This document shows, piece after piece, positions 46,773 through 58,519 of a stretch of DNA of 58,519 nucleotides. Position 1 is the first letter of the stretch; each line of letters begins with the position of its first letter. The position numbers were made by a program, and so were the translations under genes. The notes under the pieces were generated by a model that saw only the letters and a list, made by a program, of their open reading frames with translations, ran no database searches and was not told the origin of the DNA. Source of the stretch: Myxococcota bacterium (GTDB lineage Bacteria; Myxococcota_A; Polyangia; JBBTFH01); NCBI GenBank assembly GCA_038041915.1, contig JBBTFH010000110.1, positions 1-58,519 of the forward strand, read 5' to 3'.

Positions 46773-48776
46773 CTACTCGCAGGCCGCGGCGTAATCGGCG
46801 ACGCTCTCGCACCAGCAGCCGCCGTCCGCGCCCGTGCAGGTCTGCTCGACCTGGCCGCCCGGCGTCAGGAACATCGCGAGCTGACGCTGCGCCGCCGGCG
46901 AGCGCCGTACGGCCTCGTGCACCTCGTTGTCATCGCCCATGACGTTGTTGGTCTTGATCGGGTCCAGGCCGTAGTCCCAGTACGTGAGCGCCGAATCGAG
47001 CGGGCCCTCCCGCGGCGTGATCCCGTAGATGTCGCGCACCGCCGGCGCCAGGTACGGGATGCCCATCGTGCGCGCCTGGTAATCGGTCGCGACGTTGGGC
47101 ACCTGCGAGTCGGCGATGCCGCACTGCATGAGCACGGGCCTCAGCGGCGTATCCGGGAACGGATCCGACATGAGGTGCGACGACGCGGTGACGGCGTCGG
47201 TCGGATCCCACATCATCTGCATGAGCGTGATCAGGATCAGGTCCGTCATCCGCTCCGGGTAGGCGCCGTACTGCACGATGCCGTAGCCCGGCCAGTCGAC
47301 GCTGCGCTGAAGCATCGTGCTGTAGTTGGCCGCGCCGACGCCGAGCACGCACTTCTGAAGCTCGGGCGAGTACGCGCACAGCGTCGTGCCCCAGATGCCG
47401 CCCTGCGAGTTGCCGTAGTAGTAGACCTGCGACGTGTCGATCACCGGCTCGCCATCGACGCTCGCGGCCTCGTCCTGGCTGAGCTGCCAGCGCGCGACGC
47501 GCGTGAGCGCGATCGCGTTGACGGTTCCCTGCTTGGTGCGGTCGAACAGGATCTCCGAGTCGTTGGCGTTGCCGAGCGCGCGCACGACCGCCGGCACGTC
47601 CGGCTCCGCGACGCCCATCCAGTCGTGGGCGACGACGACGTAGCCGTAGGTGTTCGCGAGCTCGCGCAGCCAACCGGCCTTGCTCTCCTCCGAGCTGCCC
47701 ATGAGCCCGTGGCCGTACTGCAGGAGCGGCATCGGGCGCCGCGCCGCGTCCTCGGCGATTTTCGGGATCACCATCGTGAAGTTCGCTTGCATCGTCCGCT
47801 GCGCGACCGGCAGGCCGTCGTCGCCGCGAACCAGCGCGCCGTAGCTGTCGTAGTTTTCCTCGCCGCCCGACAGGAAGACCGGCACGCCGTAGGTTCCGGT
47901 GATGACGCGCAGCGTGCTGTCGTGGTCGTCCTCGACGATCGCGTCGATGGTGTAGCCGAGGTTCTCTCCCTGCTCGCCGATCGCCTCGAGCACCTGCGCG
48001 CGCATCGCCAGGATGTCCTGCGTGAGGAACTCCTCGGAGGCGGTGACGAAGTCGAAGGCGAGCGCGAGGTCGCCCTTCGCGACGCCCGCGCCTTCGAGCG
48101 CCGCGAAGATGTCGGGGTAGCGCCCGCGGATGCGGTCAAGGCGCGGGTCGCCGGCGCTCCCATCGAGGATCGACTGGAAGCCGGGAGTCGGCGCGACCGG
48201 ATCGCCGTCCAGCGTCTGGAGCTCGCGCGTGACGCCGACGGCGTACGCGTGCGCGGTCGCGAGACGCTGCAGCGGGCGCAGGATCAACGCCTGGCGATCG
48301 TCCGCGGTGGCGGTGAGATCGAGCTCGGCGAAGTGCGGCACGCGCGCGCCGGTCTCGAGGTCGACGATCACCGTCGGGCTGCCCGCCGCGAGGCTCTGGC
48401 CGGGATCGTCGATCGGCGGAAGGCTCGCTCCGTCGAGGCGCGGCTCGAAGTGGACGAGGATCGGCGCGGCCGGCGAGAAGCCGTCGGCGCGGTTCCAGGG
48501 CGCCGGGTCGGTGGTGATCTCCTGGAACGTGACGACGGGTAGATCGTCTTCGATCAGCGCGAGGCGCCAGCCGGTCGGCGTCGAGTCGTCCGCCTCGAGG
48601 TAGTACGAGGATGGGAACGGCAGCGCCGTGTTGTCGATGCCGAGCGGATTTCCCGAAACCCCCTCGGACTCCGCCTCGGATTCAGATTCGGACTCCGCGC
48701 CGCCGTCATCGTCGTCGCAGCCCGTCACGAGGAAGATGGAAGCGGTCGTCAGCGCGTAGGTCATGCTTTTGCACAT
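46773..48776 (-). CDS. Secreted alpha/beta-hydrolase-like lipoprotein (667 aa)
   Basis: The lipobox is LVTGC, followed by the acidic linker [19 protein letters not shown] nucleophile-elbow motif is present (YYYGNSQGG). The gene lies 30 bp downstream of the FHIPEP gene on the same strand. Confidence 0.7.
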   Translation of the reverse strand: MCKSMTYALTTASIFLVTGCDDDDGGAESESESEAESEGVSGNPLGIDNTALPFPSSYYLEADDSTPTGWRLALIEDDLPVVTFQEITTDPAPWNRADGFSPAAPILVHFEPRLDGASLPPIDDPGQSLAAGSPTVIVDLETGARVPHFAELDLTATADDRQALILRPLQRLATAHAYAVGVTRELQTLDGDPVAPTPGFQSILDGSAGDPRLDRIRGRYPDIFAALEGAGVAKGDLALAFDFVTASEEFLTQDILAMRAQVLEAIGEQGENLGYTIDAIVEDDHDSTLRVITGTYGVPVFLSGGEENYDSYGALVRGDDGLPVAQRTMQANFTMVIPKIAEDAARRPMPLLQYGHGLMGSSEESKAGWLRELANTYGYVVVAHDWMGVAEPDVPAVVRALGNANDSEILFDRTKQGTVNAIALTRVARWQLSQDEAASVDGEPVIDTSQVYYYGNSQGGIWGTTLCAYSPELQKCVLGVGAANYSTMLQRSVDWPGYGIVQYGAYPERMTDLILITLMQMMWDPTDAVTASSHLMSDPFPDTPLRPVLMQCGIADSQVPNVATDYQARTMGIPYLAPAVRDIYGITPREGPLDSALTYWDYGLDPIKTNNVMGDDNEVHEAVRRSPAAQRQLAMFLTPGGQVEQTCTGADGGCWCESVADYAAACE

Positions 48777-48806
48777 GGACGCTCCTTTATCACAGGTGGG
48801 AGGGCT

Positions 48807-50663
48807 CTACGTTTCGTCGGTCGCGACCGAGATGCGCCCGAGGGGGCGCACGGTCAGGTTGGGCAAGAGCTCCTGGTAGGCGACGACGGCGATATCGGGC
48901 ATCTCGTGCTCGACCAGCCGGCGCACGTGGAGTCGCAGATCGCCCGACGTGACGATGACCGGCGGGCGCTCGCCGTCGCCACCGCGCGCGTCGATCTGCT
49001 TGCGCACGGCGCGGCGGATGTCGTCGGCGATCTCGGGCTCGAGCGATGGGCCGCGCAGAGCGTCCTCGACCATCGGGTCGAGCAGGTACGCGTCGAGGCC
49101 ATCGCCGTCGGGCGCGAAGTGGTGCGTGATACGCCGCCTCAGCGCGCGCCTCACGTGCTCGGCCAGCACCGAGGCGTCGCGCCTGCCGTTGTCGCCACCG
49201 GCGGCCGCGCCGAGCGCTTCGACGATCTCGTGCAGCGGCCGCAGGCCGACGCCCTCGGCGACGAGCCGCCGCAGCACCTCGGCGACGACGCCGAGCGGGA
49301 CGAGCTTGGGCACGACCTCGCGCACGAGCGCCGGGTGGGTGGCGTCGAGCTCGTCGAGCAACGCGCGTGTCTCCTGCACGCCGAGGAGCTCGTGCGCGTG
49401 GCGCGCGAGGGAGACGGCGAGGCCGCGCGAGAGACTCTCGGCCTCGTCGCCGAGCAGCAGCCGGTCGGCGGCCACGACGCCGCGCGAAACCGGCGCCCCG
49501 CCGATGCGCAGCGTCCAGCCGCCATGCGGCAGCGACGCGTCGCGGGAGGCGGCGATCACCGGCAGCGCCACGCCGAGCTCGCCCTGCACGCGTGCGCGGA
49601 TCGCGTCGACGTCGGGCGCACGCAGGCCCTCGCCGAGGCGCAGCACGAGCGGCGATTGCCCTTCTCGCGCGCCGGCCCGCGCGCGTCGTCGCCGGCGCGT
49701 CAGCCCGAGCGCCGCTACGCCGCCCGCGGCGGCGAGCACGAGCAGCGGCACCGCCGGAAGGCCCGGCACGATCGCCAGCGCGGCCAGCAGCGCCGCGACG
49801 AAGCCGACCAGCCCCGGATCGGCCAGCACCTGCGCTCCGACGTCGGCGCCGAGCGGCGCGGCGTCGCCTCCGGTGACGCGCGTGACCACGAGCCCGGCGG
49901 CGACCGAAGTCAGCAGCGCGGGGATCTGCGCGACCAGCCCGTCGCCGATGGTCAGGATCGAATAGATGGAGACGGCTTCCTCGGGCGCGAGGCCGCGCTG
50001 AAAGATGCCGATGGCGAGGCCGCCCGCGATGTTGACGACGACGATCAGGATGGTCGCCACGGCGTCGCCCTTGACGAACTTCATTGCGCCGTCCATCGCG
50101 CCGAAGAGCTGCGAGTCGCGCTCGACGGTCGCGCGCCGCCGCCGCGCCTCCTCGGGGTGGATCGCGCCCGAGCGCAGGTCGGCGTCTATGGCCAACTGCT
50201 TGCCGGGTAGCGCGTCGAGCGTGAAGCGCGCCGCCACCTCGGCGACCCGCTCCGAGCCGCGCGCGATCACCACGTACTGCGCGATGGTCAGGACGAGGAA
50301 CACGACGGCGCCGACGACGAAGTTTCCGGCGACGACGAACTGGCCGAACGCGCGGATGACCTGCCCGGCGTCGGCCTGCAGCAGGATCAGGCGCGTCGAC
50401 GAGACGTTGAGCGCCAGCCGCAGCAGCGCGGCGAGCAGCAGGATCGTGGGGAAGGAGACGAGCCGGCGCGGATCGGGCGCGCGCAGCACGAGCAGCAGCA
50501 CCAGCGCCGAGCCGGCCAGGTTCGCGGTCAGCAGCAGGTCGAGCAGCCAGGTCGGAACCGGGACGACCATCATCCCGACGACGCCGACGACCAGCGCCGC
50601 CCACGCGAGATCGCCGCGCCTGCCCACGACGATGCTTTCGCCTGTCACCACCGAGACTGTCAA
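48807..50663 (-). CDS. FHIPEP-family export-gate protein (FlhA/SctV-like), isolated copy
   Basis: The canonical N-terminal membrane domain is present: FPTILLLAALLRLALNVSSTRLIL...GNFVVGAVVFLVLTIAQYVVI..GSERVAEVAARFTLDALPGKQLAIDADL..G.I...A..RR.....SQLFGAMDGAMKFVKGDAVA. At 618 aa it is shorter than typical FlhA/SctV proteins. Confidence 0.85.
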   Translation of the reverse strand: MTVSVVTGESIVVGRRGDLAWAALVVGVVGMMVVPVPTWLLDLLLTANLAGSALVLLLVLRAPDPRRLVSFPTILLLAALLRLALNVSSTRLILLQADAGQVIRAFGQFVVAGNFVVGAVVFLVLTIAQYVVIARGSERVAEVAARFTLDALPGKQLAIDADLRSGAIHPEEARRRRATVERDSQLFGAMDGAMKFVKGDAVATILIVVVNIAGGLAIGIFQRGLAPEEAVSIYSILTIGDGLVAQIPALLTSVAAGLVVTRVTGGDAAPLGADVGAQVLADPGLVGFVAALLAALAIVPGLPAVPLLVLAAAGGVAALGLTRRRRRARAGAREGQSPLVLRLGEGLRAPDVDAIRARVQGELGVALPVIAASRDASLPHGGWTLRIGGAPVSRGVVAADRLLLGDEAESLSRGLAVSLARHAHELLGVQETRALLDELDATHPALVREVVPKLVPLGVVAEVLRRLVAEGVGLRPLHEIVEALGAAAGGDNGRRDASVLAEHVRRALRRRITHHFAPDGDGLDAYLLDPMVEDALRGPSLEPEIADDIRRAVRKQIDARGGDGERPPVIVTSGDLRLHVRRLVEHEMPDIAVVAYQELLPNLTVRPLGRISVATDET

Positions 50664-50690
50664 GCGCGCGGCCGGACGCGACCGGTGGAC

Positions 50691-50720
50691 CCAACCGAGC
50701 CTAACCGACCCAAACCGACC
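50691..50720. promoter_or_regulatory. Three tandem 10-bp repeats (cNaaccgaSc) upstream of the three-gene operon; candidate operator
   Basis: The units are ccaaccgagc ctaaccgacc caaaccgacc. The core AACCGA recurs with exact 10-bp (one helical turn) phasing, 43 bp upstream of the first ORF. Confidence 0.4.
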
Positions 50721-50762
50721 TGACTTGCGCTGACGCTGCCCTCATGGTTTCTTGCCGCCAAA

Positions 50763-51293
50763 TTGGATGGGCCAACCAAGGCAGCCTGGCTTCGGTCGAA
50801 GTACCCCGCGCGGGAGCCGGATGCTGCGCGCATCACACACGAGGATCAGCTCCGCCGGTTGCTTCGGACGGAGGGTGTGTGCTCGCTCGAACCGGCTCCC
50901 GCCCGGGGTGTCGCGCCCGGCTGGCCCAAGGGGGTCGGGGAGCAGGCGACCGGAACCCACCTGTGGATTCTCGACCAATCTGGAATACCCTACATTTTGG
51001 AAATGGCGGCCGTGGCCTCCACGCTGAATGACCGGGTCGTCAAGCACACCAACCTCACGGGCGGTCTGCCGGCCTGGGCAGGCGGAGAACTCTGGTTCGC
51101 GGAGAGCACCACCTGCAGCGTCTGGATCAGCGGCGCGTCGGGGCGCTACGGGCCGGGAACGCCAGAGGAGCTCGCCGACCTCGTCGACGTCTTTCGCGCG
51201 TTCGGCTACGAAGCGACTAGCCTCGGATGGGACGAGCAAGAGAACCGGCCCGCAAGGATGTATCGCGCAGAAGGGGACGACGATGACCGATAG
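50763..51293 (+). CDS. Unknown 176-aa protein, first gene of the accessory operon (candidate effector/toxin)
   Basis: The ORF has a TTG start, which is uncertain. The conserved-looking block is HLWILDQSGIPYILE...VVKHTNLTGGLPAWAGGELWF...VWISGASGRYGP..PEEL, followed by an acidic tail. I recognise no family. The 3' end overlaps the next gene by 11 nt. Confidence 0.55.
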   Translation: MDGPTKAAWLRSKYPAREPDAARITHEDQLRRLLRTEGVCSLEPAPARGVAPGWPKGVGEQATGTHLWILDQSGIPYILEMAAVASTLNDRVVKHTNLTGGLPAWAGGELWFAESTTCSVWISGASGRYGPGTPEELADLVDVFRAFGYEATSLGWDEQENRPARMYRAEGDDDDR

Positions 51294-52683
51294 GGAACTG
51301 ATCGCTCTGTTCGGTTCGGAATCGACCGGGCGGACGCCGGAAGAACGCGCGCGTTCGTCCAGGCGCCGGTTCGTCCGCGGGCAGGACGCGCTTGCCGAAT
51401 GGAGCGACGGAGCCCGCGGGAGAGTGCTCACCGCCTGGGAGGCATTGATGGACCATGGTCTCGACGTGCTCCGAGAGGCGAACGACAGCGGTTCGGCGAT
51501 CATCTGCGACTCACACGACACTGCGAGCCTCAACCTGAAGGATCGTCGACTGGCGCTCGGCCTCGACCTCGACTACGTCGCCAACAGGGCGCGGATGAAC
51601 TCAGCGGATGTGCGCGACGCCGAGGAGTCCAAGCGGAGCGTGCCGATCCACCGTCTGGAGCGCATCGCGCGCGTACTCGGTCTGGACGAACACCGCATCT
51701 CGCGGCGCGACGCGGGTGCCTCGACGGCCGAGCTCGCCGTGCGACTGCGGACGATCGGCGGAAAGTCGTCGGTGCTGACCCCACGCGCGGTGCTGACCTT
51801 GGCCGAGGCCCACTGGGTAGGCCGGACGCAGAAGCGACTGGAACACTGGCTGGGCATGGAACCCACACCGCCCACCTTTCTGCCCAGGCCGGTCTACTTG
51901 GATCCCGACTTTCCGCGCTACGAGCAGGGCTACGCCTTGGCAGACGAAACCCGCCGGGCGCTCGGCTTGGGCGGCCGGTCGCTGACGAGTTCGCTGCGAG
52001 CGATCTGCGAGGATCTGCTTGGCATTCCAGTCGTGCAAGCCGACCTGCCGAAGCGAATCGCCGGCGCTACGATTTCGTCAGCCGGCGTACGCATACTCGT
52101 CGTCAACACACAGGGGTCCAACGACAACGCGTGGGTCAGGCGGTCCACCTATGCGCACGAGATCGGCCACATCCTTTGGGATCTCCCGACCGACCTCCGC
52201 GACCTGCGGGTCGACCAATATGACGACCTCGATAGTCGTCCTGACGATCTCCACGATCCCGTCGAGCAGCGTGCCAACGCGTTTGCGGTGCAGTTCATCG
52301 CTCCGCAGCAGGAGGCGGTCCGAGTTTTCAATGAGGCGGTTGGTTCGCAATCGGCGAAGCTACGCGCCGTCATGGAGCACTTCGGCGTGAGCTTCACCGC
52401 TTGCCGCTACCAGGTTTGGAACGGCCTCAACCGCTGGGCGCCGCTGGAATCGCTGACGGTGGAGAGCCTGCGGCCTCCGGCGGACGCGCAGGCGCAGGAA
52501 TCGTTCACAGCGGACTATTTCCCGATCGACACGCCGATCACTCGCAGGGGACGCTTCTGCCGTGTCGTGGTGGCGGCACTGGATAGCGAGCTGATTTCCA
52601 TGGACACGGCTGCCGAGTACCTCTGCACAACGTCCGCCGACCTGCGGGACGCCCTGCCGGACGTCAGGAGCCTGTTCCAGTAG
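51283..52683 (+). CDS. Xre-type HTH fused to an ImmA/IrrE (COG2856, M78) zinc metallopeptidase domain (466 aa)
   Basis: The HTH reads LKDRRLALGLDLDYVANRARMNSADVRDAEESKRSVPIHRLERIARVLGLD. The peptidase motifs are YAHEIGHILWD (HExxH) and EQRANAFAVQFIAP. The ATG at 51283 lies inside the end of the previous ORF. Confidence 0.85.
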   Translation: MTDRELIALFGSESTGRTPEERARSSRRRFVRGQDALAEWSDGARGRVLTAWEALMDHGLDVLREANDSGSAIICDSHDTASLNLKDRRLALGLDLDYVANRARMNSADVRDAEESKRSVPIHRLERIARVLGLDEHRISRRDAGASTAELAVRLRTIGGKSSVLTPRAVLTLAEAHWVGRTQKRLEHWLGMEPTPPTFLPRPVYLDPDFPRYEQGYALADETRRALGLGGRSLTSSLRAICEDLLGIPVVQADLPKRIAGATISSAGVRILVVNTQGSNDNAWVRRSTYAHEIGHILWDLPTDLRDLRVDQYDDLDSRPDDLHDPVEQRANAFAVQFIAPQQEAVRVFNEAVGSQSAKLRAVMEHFGVSFTACRYQVWNGLNRWAPLESLTVESLRPPADAQAQESFTADYFPIDTPITRRGRFCRVVVAALDSELISMDTAAEYLCTTSADLRDALPDVRSLFQ

Positions 52684-52720
52684 GAGATTCACACCGGGTG
52701 GGAGGACGCCGAGCGAGCCG

Positions 52721-53860
<1,140 letters not shown>

Positions 53861-54001
53861 CGCCGCTCCTTGAGGTTGCGGCCGATGTCGGCCGGCGCGC
53901 CAGCGGGCGGCGACGCATGCGTGTCACCCCGCGAACCACCATCAACTCCGGGGAACGTGCACCGCTGTTGCCCGCGGTCGCCAGTCGGTTAGTCTGCGAC
54001 C

Positions 54002-56902
<2,901 letters not shown>

Positions 56903-56951
56903 GAGGCGCCGCAAGAGCGACGCTCTCGACCGAATGAAGACGGCTGGCGAG

Positions 56952-58220
<1,269 letters not shown>

Positions 58221-58269
58221 GCGATCGCAGCCGCCTCGCCCTGGCCCTCATTTCCCGTGGGAACGCGTG

Positions 58270-58283
58270 TAAGGAGGTGATCC
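58270..58283. other. 14-nt exact complement of the conserved 16S rRNA 3' terminus (TAAGGAGGTGATCC on the + strand; GGATCACCTCCTTA on the - strand)
   Basis: This is an exact match to the reverse complement of the widely conserved bacterial 16S tail GGAUCACCUCCUUA. It lies 50-63 nt upstream of the helicase GTG (minus strand) and 120 nt upstream of the lipoprotein ATG (plus strand). No start codon lies at SD spacing. Confidence 0.6.
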
Positions 58284-58402
58284 GAACCGTTCGGGGGCGC
58301 GTGAACTGCGAGCGGGCTTGTAGCAGCCTCGCTCGCAAAACGCAAATGCGGCATTATCCCGTGGCCACGCACAGCGAGTACCATAGGTGCGAGGAGGGAA
58401 TC

Positions 58403-58519
58403 ATGAAACGACCAACGCGCGTGCTCTTTTGGGCTCTGCTGATGCTCGTCGCCGCATCGGGTTGCGGCGGGGAGGAGACGGAGGGCGAGGCCGAGTCGGA
58501 AGCCGAGTCCGAAGCCGAG
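58403..58519 (+). CDS. Lipoprotein, N-terminal fragment (runs off the window)
   Basis: The SD GAGGAGGG lies 5 nt before the ATG. The signal peptide and lipobox are LMLVAASGC, followed by the acidic linker [18 protein letters not shown]. Confidence 0.7.
   Translation, partial: MKRPTRVLFWALLMLVAASGCGGEETEGEAESEAESEAE

Noticed and set aside
50742-51533. A 263-aa minus-strand ORF antisense to gene 1 and the start of the ImmA-like gene.
   Set aside because: It has no recognisable motifs. The plus-strand ORFs carry clear HTH and HExxH signatures and operon-like spacing.
58301-58402. An in-frame N-terminal extension of the terminal lipoprotein from GTG 58301, which would use the 'perfect SD' at 58270-83.
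   Set aside because: The spacing from the GGAGG core to the GTG is ~23 nt. The extension would place 34 non-signal residues before a typical signal peptide that already has its own strong SD (GAGGAGGG) and ATG at 58403.

Overview
This is a very GC-rich bacterial chromosome segment. Its gene content suggests Myxococcota: many lipoproteins, MopE-like Cys-rich repeats, thrombospondin-type-3 Ca-binding repeats and ECF sigma factors. The taxon call is inference only.

The core backbone, in order: ftsK (3' part), lolA, a FecCD/ABC importer, nrdJ (B12-dependent RNR), a btuF-like gene, a cobalamin riboswitch, a btuB-like TonB receptor, a lipoprotein, ftsE-ftsX-M23/EnvC-like, a PP2C phosphatase, cinA-thpR-recA, sixA, tRNA-Thr(CGT), a lepB-like gene, thiE, thiS-thiG, crp/fnr, an ECF sigma factor, the F1Fo ATP synthase operon (b', b, delta, alpha, gamma, beta, epsilon), several secreted lipoproteins, an orphan FHIPEP (FlhA/SctV-like) gene and a DEAD-box helicase.

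Accessory material is wedged into this backbone:
1. A vapBC pair sits between ftsK and lolA.
2. Two tandem, decayed genomic islands lie at the 3' end of tRNA-Thr (23235-30658). They are bounded by three copies of a ~45-bp tRNA-derived att repeat and carry only integrase remnants. The cargo is PIN, RelE/ParE-like and YgiT zinc-finger genes, an SDH-family Clp-fold serine protease, a 1077-aa type IIG restriction-modification enzyme and an internally deleted Mrr-like gene.
3. A HEPN/MNT toxin-antitoxin cassette is flanked by perfect 69-bp direct repeats that duplicate the 3' end of the ECF sigma gene.
4. A lower-GC three-gene operon lies at 50763-53860: an unknown 176-aa protein, an Xre-HTH/ImmA(M78) metallopeptidase fusion, and a ClpX-like AAA+ unfoldase without the zinc-binding domain.

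I consider the three-gene operon the best candidate for an undescribed conflict or regulatory system.

Many long ORFs in the supplied track are antisense or alternate-frame artefacts of high GC and were not called.
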